Shown: piece after piece, positions 50,399 to 63,775 of the stretch
How positions within the stretch are numbered: position 1 is the stretch's first letter
Layout: every line of letters starts with the position of its first letter
Source of the DNA: Negaprion brevirostris
Taxonomy: Eukaryota
DNA length: 64,000 nucleotides
Reading direction: 5' to 3'
Assembly (NCBI GenBank): GCA_030324005.1
Contig: JARDVH010000140.1
Span: 37,505,550-37,569,549, forward strand
The notes under the pieces: model-generated
Told to the model about the DNA's origin: nothing
The model's database searches: none
What the model saw: the letters and a program-made list of their open reading frames with translations, nothing else
Program-made: the position numbers and the translations under genes

Positions 50399-53300
50399 NN
50401 NNNNNNNNNNNNNNNNNNNNNNNNNNNNNNNNNNNNNNNNNNNNNNNNNNNNNNNNNNNNNNNNNNNNNNNNNNNNNNNNNNNNNNNNNNNNNNNNNNGC
50501 GATGAAGACCTAGAGATGGGAAAATAGGCTGTAAAACAGTCTTTGCCTGTTCATTCTACCTCCATTGGTAAGGAATTTAGTGGCAAGCAATTTACCAATT
50601 GATGCATAGATTACAAAAGCAAATTACAGCGAACCTTTATAAAGCAACTGGTTCAGCCTCAGCTGGAGTGGTGCACAGGATTCTGGGCATCACACCTAGG
50701 AAGATTTATAAGAATGGTTCCAGGGATGGAAGACAAGAGTTACAAAAACAGATTTACGAATCTGAGGCTGTTTGCCTTAAAAGAGGTTAAGAAGAAATTT
50801 GCTGGAGTCTAGCACAATAGATAGGGAGAAAACGTTAGTAATAATCTTTTCCGTGAGCTTTCTATAGCCTGACATTTGATGGTGTTTGAACACAGCTATA
50901 CATCCTTGGCTGTGGGCTTCAACCGAGATTTCTACTCCTATAAAATGTGCTAATTGGCTGCCTACCAAGCAGTGCCTTACAGCAAAAATCTCTTGTACGT
51001 AATTCCAGCAATTCCGCTCGGCGTACTATGCAGGTACTTTAAGCCAAGTTCAGCTGGTGCCACTCAGAGTTTTGCTCGAGTCTGATGGGAATTGTATTGT
51101 GTTATGTTGTCATTTATCAGTCAACAATGTTGTGGTCATAATCTGCACTTTGTTACTATATGCAAGGGTAAACATGCAGGTACAGTGACATAGTGGTTGT
51201 GTATTCGAAAGGCTTGGATGTGATCCAAAACGAAAATTCAAATCTCACACAGAGTTGAGGAATTTATATTCAGTAATTAAAATAAATATGGAATTAAAAG
51301 GCTAGTATCAGTATTGATGCAAAGATTCATCTGGTTCACTAACATCCTTTAGTGGAGGAAATCTGCCAACCTTACCCAGTCTGGTCTACATGTGGCTCTT
51401 AGCCACCCACTAAAATGGCCTAACCAGTTGCGTCAAATCACTAAAAAAAACAAGAATAATAAAGCCAGATGGACCACACACCATCACTCTAGGCACCAAA
51501 CAAGACTAAGGCACGACAATACAAATGGCCCTCCAAATTTCTCCTTAATGGGAACTTGTGTCCAAATTGGGAGATGTGGCCCACAAGCTAGTCAATCACA
51601 GGTTAATGCAATTATACTCAAAAGAATCATTCCGCCAACATCCCAAACACCAAAATAGTCAACCTGACCCATTTTCTGTCTGTTCTTCGGCAGGACAGAA
51701 CCAACCAGAGGTGAGGGCACACTGGCACACAGTCAGGAGGATATTGCTCNNNNNNNNNNGACCCTGGACTCGAAGTCTCATGACATCAAGTTAAACATGA
51801 GCAAGAAAACCTCCTGAAGGTCTCTACTCTCCCTCAGTTGATGAATCAGGACTACATGTTGAATGCCACTTGTATGAGGCACTAAGGGCAAAAAGAACAC
51901 ACATTGTACTCTGGGTGTGGGCCTTCAATGCCGATCATCCACTGTGGCTTAGTGGCATCAATATTATAGGGGTGACCACCTGCAAGGTCCCACCTTCACA
52001 ATGAGGACACTCTCAATTGCACTGTGTGGCACTAACACCATGCTAAATGGAATAGATCTGGAGGACAGCAGCTCAAAACTAGCAACCCATGAGGCACTGA
52101 GAGCCACAAGCAGCAGCAGAACAGTACATCACTATAATAACCTCAAGGTCCAGCATGTCTGTCACTACAATTACCAGCAAGCCAACCCGGTCTCAATAGG
52201 GTAGGTGTATAAGAGCAGCCATGAGAAGCACCAAGCATACATAAGTGATTTGCCAACTTGGTGAAACTACAACACAGGATTGCATGCATTCTAAATGGAA
52301 AAAACAGCATGATATAGGCAAAGCAATCTCACGATCAACAGGTCAGATCAAAGTTTGACAGTCCAGCTACATCCAGATGTGAAGAGTGGATGACAATTAA
52401 ATAATTAGAGGGGAGGGAGGGTCCATGAGTATCCCCATTTCAATGGTGGGGAGCCCAGCACTTCAGTTCAAATGACAAGGTGAAGCATTTGCAACCATCT
52501 TGTACATGGGATTTAATGGGATTGAGGGTGTATATAGGACTTAATAGGATTGAGGGTTATAGATAGGCCTGGTAGGTAGGGATATGATCGGCGCAACTTG
52601 TGGACCAAACAGCCTGTTTGTGCTGTAGTGTTGTGTGTTCTATCTTCAGCCAAAAGTGCCAAATGCTGATCCACCTTGGCCTACTCTTAAGATCTGCAGC
52701 ATCACAGAAGCCAATCTTCACCAAGTTCAGTTCACTCCAGGATATCAAGAAACAGCTGAGCACAATGAATACATCTATGGGTCCTGACAACAATCTAATT
52801 GCCACGCTGAAGATTCACGGTCCAGAACTAGACGTGACTCCAGTTGAGCTGTTCCAGTATAGTTACAACGGAGGCATCTGCCCAAGAATGTGGAGAATTG
52901 TCTAGGTGTGCCCTGCCCACAAAAAGCAGGTCAAATACAATCAGGCCATTCACTCCTCCTCACCCAACTCCCCAACGTAAGTAATTTGTGGGAATGGGTA
53001 AGTGTAGTGATTGAAACTGACAAAATACTTGTTCTGCTACATGTCCTAACACCATTCTCACACTGGACAATGGCAATCTCTGCAGCCTTGGCGAACATTG
53101 TATCAGCACAAATGAGAAATGAATCTACCCACTATTACATAGGCTCTGTTCACACATGTGCGATTCTCAACTATTTTATAATATCAGCACAATGCATTCA
53201 ACCGGGTATTTGTTCAGGTTAGTTTCCAAGAGATCAGCGGCCACAATGTGGTTCTTGCCCACTCGCTGCTCCTAAATGTCTTTCCAGGTTTTAGTAAGTG

Positions 53301-53630
53301 CAACTGCATTTTACATACACCATGAGAGACATGGCAATCTTGGCACAGTATGCCATGCACAAGGCCAAGAGATTCACATTTCAATAATGGGTTGGCCTCA
53401 TTTGGCATTTTAATCCACAATACTGAGTGGTTCTATTATTTTCACTGTCTACGAGTTGCAATGGTATGAAACAGATTTGAGAACAGTCTGTGAGCTGCCA
53501 ACTGAACACACGTCAGCTGGTGTTGGTGTTATCATCTCCTTCTCACCAGTAACAATTTAAAACGTTTGCTTGCTACAGAATGTGCACAAACGGCATATCG
53601 GTCTATTTTTAATCTTCAAAAGGAGCTTAC

Positions 53631-53706
53631 CTCTGGGAGCTGTGGAATCTGGATCAGCCGCTTGAAATATTGTAAGTTGCTGGATCTATAAAGTAATTCT
53701 TTCAGT
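53631..53706 (-). CDS. HIP1: HIP1 coding exon (~exon 10), LKELLYRSSNLQYFKRLIQIPQLPE
   Basis: 76 nt, ccag/gtaag, phase-compatible with both neighbours; the conserved SNLQYFKRLIQIPQLPE motif of HIP1. Confidence 0.97.
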
Positions 53707-53779
53707 CTGGGGGGAAAAAAGTAAAATTAAGTACACAAATGCCTTTAAAGGTTAAATTTGAGTTTGAGAAGAGCAACCT

Positions 53780-55600
53780 CTTCTTTGCAGATACTGAATG
53801 GCAACTCTCAGACACTTCGTCCTACTTCCACCAGACCAAGACCCCACCACCAAACACAAGCCATTGTTTTCAGAACAGTCATGCACTTTGTGTCCTCTGG
53901 GGATCTTCCCTTCAAGGCATTCCATCTCAGTTTCCCAATCCAGACAGCTCTCTTCTACCTTCTTCCCAAAATCCATAAACAGGAATGCTCTGGCAGATCA
54001 ATTGTGCAGCCTGTTCCTGGCCCAGTGAAGTGATTACTCTGAGTCACATTCAACTCGAAACATTCACCGTTCCTCTCTTCACAGTTGCTGCTGAACATTT
54101 CTCGCACTGTTTTTATTTCAGATTTCCAGCATCTGCAGTATTTTGCTTTGATTTCTTCCTACCTTGACTCCAGCTTTCTCTGCCAGACTGAATTTGTCTC
54201 CATTTTTGCTGATAGACTATCAACTAATATTCAATAAGCCCATCAACTCCTACAACTACCCCAATTGCACTTCCTTCATCATGTGATGACTCACNNNNNN
54301 NNNNNNNNNNNNNNNNNNNNNNNNNNNNNNNNNNNNNNNNNNNNNNNNNNNNNNNNNNNNNNNNNNNNNNNNNNNNNNNNNNNNNNNNNNNNNNCGGCTG
54401 CTTTTCCCCGAGGCAGCGGGAAGTGTAGACGGAGTCAGTGGATGGGAGGCTGGTTTGTGTGATGGATTGGGCTACATTCACGACCCTTTGTAGTTCCTTG
54501 TGGTCTTGGGCAGAGCAGGAGCCCATACCGAGCTGTGATATAACCAGAAAGAATGCTTTCTATGGGGCATCTGGAAAAGTTGGTGAGAGTCGGAGCGGAC
54601 ATACCGAATTTCCTTAGTCTTCTGAGAAAGTGGAGGCGCTGGTGGGGCTTTCTTGACTGTAGTGTCAGCATGGGGGGGACCAGGGCGGGTTTTTGGTGCA
54701 GCGGAACAATCCATTTTCCCCTTGTCTTAGTCACAGACGGGAAGGAGGGAACCCCACAACCTGAAGGATCCCCCCACCCCCTCCTCCTTTTCAACATTCC
54801 AAAGGGAATGTGCCCTCAATAAGAATCAGCCCCAACACTCTGTCCTCTTTGCCACAACACCTTTCCATGCGAAAGTAGGAAACCTAACAGCTGCTCTTTT
54901 GTCTCCTCCCTCCTAAACACCTGAGGCCCCAAACACTCCTCCCAGGTGAAACACTGATTCTTGTGCACTTCTTTCCATTTGGCCGACTATATTTGCTGCT
55001 CATAATATGATCTCCTCCAAACTGGGGAGAGCCAGTGCAGATTGGGTCTCTGCTTTGCTGCAGCCCTCCATTCAGTCCATAAGTACAAACCTGAGCTCTG
55101 TCATTTTAATTTGCCACCTTGTTCTCACACCTACATCTCTGTCCTTGTCCTCAGCTTTAGAAAGAGCATCTCAACTTTTAATTAAGCACCCTACAGCCTT
55201 CTGGGCTCAACAGTGGGTTCAACAATTTTAGACCACAATCTCGAGCCCCCTGTTTCTTTCCCTTTTGACTTTTGTTTTTTATTGCTTGCAGAGAAATCTG
55301 CTCTGGGTACATCTTTTATTTCTTTATTCCTTTTCTTGCCCCAATACCATTCCCTTTTGCCCAGTAAAACTAACTTCCCTGTTGTTCAATCTCTCCTGCC
55401 TTTCACCCTATTTCAGGCGTTCCTTTGTCATTGTCCTACACACTCCCTGCTCAAATCTGATGTTTCCAGTTCTAATCAAAGGTCATTGACCTGAAATACT
55501 AACTCTGTTTCTCTCCACTTATGCTGAATGGTCTGCTGCATACTTCCAGCATTTTCTGTTTGAGTTTCACCTCTCCAGCATCCACGATATTCTGTTTTTT
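53780..55600 (+). mobile_element. Degenerate Penelope-like element
   Basis: FYLLPKIHK...GRSIV RT motif; PLE-type terminus (ggtcattgacctgaaa...ccagcattttctg). Confidence 0.75.
54395..54670 (-). mobile_element. Rex1/Babar-type fragment nested in a Penelope element
   Basis: QRLHFLRRLRKFGMS..TLTNF.RC.IESILSG. Confidence 0.85.
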
Positions 55601-57323
55601 GATTCGTATTGAATTAGACTTATCTTACTGAACATACTCTAACCCTTTAGAGCGTGGTCACAAAGTGTAATGTTACAACTACACTACAGGAATGATCACA
55701 CTGAAGCCAACAACTCATCGTGCTACCTCAGAGCAAGCTGATCTTTGGTCTACAGAGCTGCAAGCACCAATAATCCACCACCAACAACTTGTACTTATGT
55801 AGCACTTTTATTCCAGAAAAACAATACTATTAGTGCATCATAGAAACAACAGAGAGAAACTGACACTGAACCAAAAGAGTTATTAGGAGGGTGACAAAGA
55901 GGAAGTTTAAAGCCTTAAAAAGAGAGGTAGAAGAAGGGAGTTTCAGATCTAGTAGTTGAAAATAAAGTTAACACTCTGGGCACCCAATGCAACAGGAAAA
56001 GATTAAGAGACAGAGCAGGGGTGAATGAAGAACTTGAGATTGGTTGTAAATCTGGAGATTATAAAAGTTGATACAGAATGTCCACAAATAGAAGTAAACA
56101 CAAGGCCGTAACGTGAAGGCATGGAGACACCAGGATTCAATCTGGACTAGCAAGAAAAGAATGATGGGGGAAACAGGGTTTGCTGTGGAACAGGATATGG
56201 ACAGTTGAGTTTTGGATGAGCTGAAAGTGTAAATGAGAGGTCAACCAGTCCAACAGGCGAATGGTGGTGTTTGGAGGCACAGATGTGAGTTTCATCAGTT
56301 TTAAGTGAGACCTTATGAATTTAACTGAAGGACACAGGAGGGGCAATCAAACTACTAGGATTGAATTAGAGACCTTAAAACAGCCAGAGATATCGAATCA
56401 TTGGCAAAAGACTGAGAAGTTCAAAAACATTAACAGGCAGTAACAACTACAGGAATAGTAAACAGGGTAGAAACAGCATGAAAGGCACAGAGAGAGTAGG
56501 ATTCTTAAAATGCATTGACAAGGTTTCTATTTGCCATTATGTAGCCAGCCAAACAAGAGAGGGACAATTCTGGACTTTGTATTAGGGAATTAAGATGGGC
56601 AGCTGAAGGGGTCATCAGTTGGAGATTGAAGTGGTTATAATTGAGATTTAAAAAGGACAAAGATAGACCAAAAAGTAAAAGCTCTCAATTGAGGAAAGGT
56701 TAATTTCACTAAGCTGAGATGTGATTTCACTCAAGTGGACTGGAATCAGCTTGTCAAAAGATAAATCAATGCCTGATCAGTGGGAGGCATTCAAAGAAAG
56801 ATAAGAAAAATGATCCATGAATATCGGGGGTGTGTGTGCGTGTGCGGTTTTACCACTGACTAGAACCGGAACTGGACCAGCTACATCAGTACTGTGGCAA
56901 CAACAGCTGGGAATTCTGCAGCGCATAACTCTCCTCCTGTCTTCCCAAAGCCTGTCCACCATCTACAAGGCATATGAGTGTGATGAAATATTCTCCACTT
57001 GCCTCCCAGAAAAGAAAAACAATAAACGGGGAAAGAAGAATACTGGTCCAAACTGCTTTTTCCTTCTGGGTAATTGGGTGCCACTCCAACACTCAACAAG
57101 CTTGGCATCATCCAGGAGAAAGTAGCCCACTTGATTGGCACCCCATCCACCACCTTCAACATCCATTTCCTCCACCACCAAGGCACATGGCAACATCTGT
57201 GTGTACCATCTGCAAGATGCACTGCAGAAACTCACCAAGGTTCCTTCAACAGCACCTTCAAAACCCGCAACCTACACCACCTAAAAGGACAAGGGCGGCA
57301 ACTGCATAAGAACACAACTTGCC

Positions 57324-60300
57324 TTGTTTTTATGCTGTAGGATGACCAATATAATCATTGTAAACAAGCTTTATTAAGAAGAAAATATATACACAATTGC
57401 AAGTTTGTAACTGATAGATATGTACTATCTGACCTCTGACTTCCAGATCAGGTGATTCAGTGAAGTATACAGGGCACCATATTATATCTAATTCCACAAT
57501 CTCTCTGATATCATGACATTACCCTAAACAAAAAACAAAAGTATTTCTGACTCGTTTCTGTTTGAACAAAAGAGACGACGAATATGGCCTTCTCAAGTTC
57601 ACAAAGTCTTCTTGGACACTCCGATTTTGTCTTTTACTCATCTGTGGTTTTTCCATAATGCTTCAACTGAATGTGCTGAATGGCGACAGAGATGATTTTG
57701 AAGGAGAGGACCTTGTTCAGCTCTGTCACTTTCACTTCTTCGTTAGCTTTCAGGACTCCTGAATCTTTATCTGGTTATCTATTGCTTCACTAGCAGATTC
57801 TGGTTCTTGATCTTCAGCTCCACTTTCTGGTTCAGGTCAGGATACACCTTCATTTGTTTTCCACAGGAATGTCTGGTTTCTTCCTGACAGCTTCATGTTT
57901 GGAGGCTGCACCATATAAGACCTTGGTTCTCCTGTGATTCCTGTGACAACAGCAATCCCGAAAAATCCCTTCTTGCTGAATCCTTCCCTTTTCTCTCATG
58001 TGCAGTCCAGGTAGAGGTTCGGCTCCTCAGTCAAAGCANNNNNNNNNNNNNNNNNNNNNNNNNNNNNTCAAAGACTGGAAAAATAGCTGCTGGGGCGAAG
58101 TTAGCCCAAGTGGTTTTTTTAAGGTCTGCAAGATATGTTCCACCATTCTAGTGGATTGCAAACATTTGAGACTTGACGTAAAGTGGCAAAACGCCCAGTC
58201 TTGTGCAAATTCGTGAAACTCAGTGCTCGAGGATTGTGGGCAGTCGTCCGAGATGAGCACATAACAAGCAGAGACTGATTTCAAATGAGTTACGAGTGTG
58301 ATGCTTTACTCCCCACCAGCAAAGACTCAATACTTTAGAGTAATAATCTATTGCGAGTGGGTACTCAGGTGCTTACTGTGGTCAATTGTTGCCAATTTTC
58401 TGCCTAGGCCTCTCTGGAGGTGTGGTTGAAGGAGTTCTTTTTGTTGTGATTTACTGTACTTTTGGCAATAGGTACGCAAGTTCACTGTTAACCCGATTTG
58501 TGCTCCCATTCCAGGCTAATACATTACATCTCTAACTCTTCTCCTGTATGTTTCTATGCCACAGTGGCTTTCATGTGTGTGCTGCAACATTTCTTTCCTT
58601 GGTGTTGCATGAATTATGTTTTCTTCTTTTAAAAGTATTTCTTCTGCTGCATGAAGTTCCTGAGAAAAGTTCCAGCACTCTCGTACAGCAGAGGGACCTC
58701 TGCTCCAACGTACGAGCAGTTATTTTGCACGATTTGATTTGAGATCAGCAAAGCGACCAACTTTTTTTGTCGCTTCCCTGATCTTACCTAGATTGTTAGT
58801 CACAGGCAAGTTCCTTGTCCCAATGTGAACCTGCATTTCTGTTTCTTTATCATCTTCCATGATGGGTCAGTGTGCATGTGACAGTGTGTCTGGGATATAC
58901 ATTTCTTTGCCTGGTTTGTATTTAATGCTAACCAAAAGAGAAAATGCTGGAAAATTTCAGCAGGTCTGGCAGCATCTGTCAGGAGAGAAAAAAGCCGATA
59001 TTGGGTCCAGATGACCCTTTGTCAAAGCTGAATGTAGTTAACGCTGACTTGATATCTCTGCAGACACATTAGTTATCTTGGAATTCTTGGTGGTGCACAT
59101 TCAGGGGCTTTTCATAACTTCCAAAGGTCGACAATCAGACTCTACCTCCAAGGGTTGCATAAACAAGCTGGTGGAAGTGTTCTAGGCCAAGCACTAGGTG
59201 AGCATTTCTTTCTTTATTTGGGGATAGCACTGCTGTGTTACAGTTACTGCCTTTGAAGTATATGCCACTGGTGCTTTGTTTTGTAAGAAGACAGCTCCCA
59301 GCCCAGTTTTTGAAGCATCCACTGATATCACGACTGGCTGACTGACATTGTAATACTTTAACGCTACTGCCTGGGTCAGTGTCTTCTTTAGGCTGGTGAA
59401 ACCTTCTTGGTGACTTTGTTCCCAGTGCTACTTTGCAACATTTCGAACTTTGAGAAGGATTATTCGGTCTGGCGCGTGGAATGAATTTCCCTACGAAAGG
59501 TCACCATGCCCAAATCCTCTCCAAGTTTTTCTAACATTCTAGGGTGGCATATTCATGACTGTTTCAATTTTACTCTGGTCTGACTTCAATCCCTCACTTG
59601 TTCCCACATGCCCCAAGCACTTCATTTCATCAAGACATGATTTTCACCTTTCCTTCTTAGCTTTAAGTTCTTTTCTCAAGTTCTTGCCAGCACCCACCTC
59701 AGCCTGCAGTTGCGTTCTTCTCCTGCTGCACATTGCCGATATGGTTTCCACACCCTTTAACAGCTGCTTCACTGTTTTATGGAACACCTCTGGAGCTGAA
59801 TTCACACCAAAAAGATAAAGGTAAAAACCTGTACTGCCTGTATGGTGTGTTGAAGGTACGGAGATTCGAGTGCTGTTCATTCAGTCTGACCTACCATTGC
59901 ATCTTAGACTGAATAGCATTTAGTATCAACGAGCTTACACGTGATCTCTTCTATTGTGAGCAAGATAGTGCTGTCTTTATACTGCCTGGTTTAGGTCTCT
60001 GGGGTCCAGTCAGACTGGCAGATTCCCAGCTGATTTTTCTACAATTACAACTGGATGAACCACTTTGTTGGCACATCAATTTTCTTAATGAACTGAAGTT
60101 TCTCCATTCTATCCAGCTCTGCTTTCAGTCGATCTCAGCATTACTGGCATTTTACTGGGTGGGTGCATTTGGGTGTCACAGTTTCGTGGATCTTTAATGG
60201 GGTGTTCTCCCTTTAGGCAAATAAGCCCTTAGAACACATCGTGACAGTCACTCAGGGTGTCATCAGAGGTCACCATCACTGTTTTCTTCATTAGCTACAG

Positions 60301-60930
60301 ATTTTCATGTGTTTTAGTTCCAAGAATGGGTGTTGTATCATTTCTCACCACTCTCAATGGGATGCTCGAGACTGTTTTTTTGTAGTTCACTTCAAGTGTG
60401 CATTGGCCTTGTGCAGCAATGTCTTCACCTGTGTAAATAGACAGTTTCGCTTTAGTTAATGGTTTTCTTTTACTTATCTTACCAAGCAGGCTTTTCCAGC
60501 ACCTGCCTCAGCCTGTGCTCATGTCCCCCTCGCGTAGCAGGAAAGGTGCAAAATAGGTCTCCATAAAATCAAGTACTTGGGACATGTGCTAACGAGTGAT
60601 GGACTCACATTTGCTTGTACACCAGTGCCAAAGCTTGAAGCTCACCAGAAATTTTTAAACCAACCTTCCAGCTGTCTTCTTTCAAATTTGCTGTTACTGC
60701 ATCAATGAAAAGTTCAGATTCATTTGCACTTTGTTCCAATTCCACATCTTAGCAAAGTGATTTAGTTTTATCACAGCTCTTTCCATAACCTGGACAATTA
60801 CATCAATGGCTTCAAAGTCTTCATTTAGTTGACTCCTGACACCATGTTTCATTTTTATGTTGCAGAATGACAAACGTAATTATTGTAAACTAACTTTATT
60901 AGGAACAGAATATAAACACAACTGCTTGCA
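57324..60930 (-). mobile_element. Decayed Ty3/Gypsy LTR retrotransposon with both LTR remnants
   Basis: Integrase (LISD..PQ...EF.EFAQDW...TSS), RNase H (VDASKTGLGAV), RT (FGVNSAPEVF) and gag knuckle remnants; similar LTR segments at ~57324-57400 and ~60845-60930; 3' LTR ends in catgaca at 57518. Confidence 0.85.
60832..60844 (-). other. Primer binding site of the Gypsy element, complementary to tRNA-Leu(CAG) 3' end
   Basis: Minus strand ...aaaca|tggtgtcaggagt directly after the LTR end; tRNA-Leu(CAG) ends ACUCCUGACACCA. Confidence 0.75.
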
Positions 60931-62017
60931 GCTTCGGCCTACAGTTTGTGTGTACGATGAAATTAAAAAAGCTAAAGGATGGCATGAAAAAATACTGACA
61001 AAGAAAATCAAGGAAAACCCACAGATTCTGTATTCATCACTTTCTGCACAGGGAAAAGCAAGAGAGCAGAAGGAAGAAACAAGAGTATGGGATGTAGGGC
61101 AGGGGAAAGGTCTGACATTGCAAAGGCAAAGGTTCAGTTAAAGGTTATGAAAAGATGTGGTAAAGGATGGGGAGCCAATGGAAGTCGCCAAGAATGAGTA
61201 TAGGAAGCACAGTTCTTAAAGGGCTAGAACTTATGCAAGTTGGGTCTCCAGGGTTGATAAGGAAATATTAGAAAGCTAAGTCTAGTCATAACAAAAGTAT
61301 GAATGAATGTTTGAGAAGCACTTGGATAAGGCAGGAACAGAGAGGACTTATAGTACATGTATTTTGGTAATGTAGACTTTGAGGCTTGGCTGAAGGTTGA
61401 GTAACACGCCAAGGTGGCTTAAGCACAACTGGTATCCAGGAAGGTCAAGTGGACATCCAGAAAGAGGGTTGCAATCAGNNNNNNNNNNTCCAGTAATGAG
61501 ATAGGTGGCTTTGATCTCGTAACCTATGAGCTGCCGACTTATTCTAGATTGTACGTAAAACAGGCTGTTGAACTGCACACTGACAATCCCAAAATCCGGA
61601 ATATCGGTGAAGTAAACCCGATTGTCACAGATAAATAGACAAGAATTGATCACTGACAAATCAACCATAATCTTCAATAAATGCTACTTACAATAGCAGA
61701 ATCTCTAAATGTTAGCAACAGACTGATACACAATGAAAAATTAATGAGCTAGCAATAACATCAAAATGAAATACACAGAAGGAATTGAATACATGTACTA
61801 CTTGGGGAGAACAGATGCTACTTATCAAAAGACACATTTAAAAATGGGCAAGTTAGACATCAGTAAATTTTCTGGGGGTTCACGGTCAGAGTGCTTCCAG
61901 AGACATAACAGCACGTTACCTCAGAAAAGTGGGCCAATATATAAAAATGCTCATAGCTCATAAACACTTCGAGACTCATTCTACCATCCTCCAACCTGGC
62001 CTGTGTCCCATCTTGCA

Positions 62018-62195
62018 CAGTAAGAAGTTTCTCAACATCAGGTTGAAGTCCACTAGCTTTCAGAGCGCTACTCCTTCATCAGGAGAACTCCCACTTACCT
62101 AACGAAGGAGTAGTGCTCCGAAAGCTAGTGGCTTTTAGCCTGGTGTTGCGACTTCTTACTGTGTTTACCCCAGTCCAACACTGGCATCTCCACAT
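62018..62195. mobile_element. Short Penelope-derived fold-back insertion with TSD
   Basis: Inverted arms 62016-62083 / 62098-62163; flanking direct repeat (t)cccatcttgca at 62006-62017 and 62195-62206; same terminus as the PLE at 32507. Confidence 0.85.
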
Positions 62196-62855
62196 CCCAT
62201 CTTGCAACCTTTGTTTCTCCAATCTGGTCCTCTGAGAGACTCCTGCTCCCCTCTCTCTCTCTGCCCGGCCACAGGCCAGAGACTTCAGTATCCTCCATCT
62301 CCTCCTTTATTAACACCCTCAACCTCAGGGCATCCCATCCCCAACTCCCAAAAGTCTGATTAAAACCTATCTTGTTCAACATCCTTTTGACCATTTCCTT
62401 TAAATTCATTCCCATGCATTTCCTATGTTACAACAGTGACTACACTTGCATTAGCTAGAAAACATTGTGGGACATCTTGTGGTCATGAAAGATGCTATAT
62501 AAACAGAAAATTCATGACTCTTTCTCAGGTCTGACAGCAAATTGTGAAGTGCCTTAGGAAATTTTCCAACATCAAAAGCACTACACCAATTTAAAGAGTA
62601 GTTCTTAAAGATATCAAGATATTACATGGCAGAAGGAAACACTTCCCCAAGCAGTGCAATAGAGAAAGCTGACATTCAAAAGCACCAATATTCAGTGAAA
62701 AGCACTAAGTGGTTGCTGGGATGCGTATTACACTCAAAAAGGCAAAGAGGGATGAACAGTAATATCGATAACCCTCCTCCTGTTTTTAGAATGTTAATTA
62801 CTCGGAGGTAAAGTGCTGACAGGAGGAGATAAGCAAAGTGCTTGTTGCTACTTAC

Positions 62856-62913
62856 TTTCTGAACTGCTCATGGAATCGGTCTCTGTGGCCTTGTAAAGTG
62901 TCTGCTGGGAGAC
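62856..62913 (-). CDS. HIP1: HIP1 coding exon (~exon 9), (C)LPADTLQGHRDRFHEQFR(K)
   Basis: 58-nt exon bounded by ttcag/gtaag on the minus strand; peptide matches the HIP1 ANTH C-terminal motif LPADTLQGHRDRF. Confidence 0.95.
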
Positions 62914-63399
62914 CTGAAGAGAAATTGTAATTTTAAAACTGATCTTCAATAAAGCAGTTTGGAAGGGAAACATAGAACATAGCAAATTGGATTCGTTGCA
63001 TAAAGCACAGAAAAATTTAATTGTTTTGAGAGCGTTTCCCACGAGGGAATGTAGTTTTAGATAGCTGAAAATCAATGCGATGCAGATTACTGTGTGTGGT
63101 GCTGGATGCGGAGAACATTTCACTTTTTCCTAATTCATCATTTGTTTTTGCCACTACATGGGGAATTAATTTATTACAGGAGTAAAATTAAGCAACCAAG
63201 CTGATGGATAAAAGATATTTGCTTCCTGAATATATGAGTGTCAAGATTGAATCTTAGATTTGTACTCAAGCTTCAACATTCATACAAGAGCAACTGGAAG
63301 ATTGGCTGCCCCTGCAGACATTCTCAGTAGCTTAGTTTGAGAACAGGAAACAATGCATTAAGTTTTCATCACGATGAACACTAAGTCTCTAATCAAACT

Positions 63400-63775
63400 C
63401 GGCACAATCGGATCCCTAACACAGACAGTCATTAATCCCACACATCCCCAATGTCCAGAGTCGCTGATCCCACAAAGTTGGATGGTCAGATCACTGATCC
63501 CACAGATCCCTAATGCCCAGAGTCACTGATCCCACAAAACCTAATGGTCAGATCACTGGTCACAGATCCCCAATGCCCAGAGTCACTGATCCCACAGATC
63601 CCCAATGGCCAGATCTCTGATCCTGCACAAACCTAATGTCCAGAATCACTGATTCCACATTTCCCCAGTGTCGAGAATCACTGATCCAACAGTTCCCCGA
63701 TGGCTGGAGTCACTGATCCCACAGATCCCCAATGCCCAGATTCACTGATCCACAGATCCCTGCTGACCAGAGTCC
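63400..63775. repeat. ~31-bp minisatellite (cagagtcactgatcccacagatccccaatgcc)
   Basis: About 11 degenerate tandem units. Confidence 0.9.

Noticed and set aside
342-62913. Assignment as HIP1R instead of HIP1
   Set aside because: FDNKFDDLFG/DPF and NAEVTKQ motifs fit HIP1
63400-63775. Regularly spaced ~31-bp repeats resembling a CRISPR array
   Set aside because: Head-to-tail degenerate units without unique spacers, in a eukaryotic intron with no cas genes
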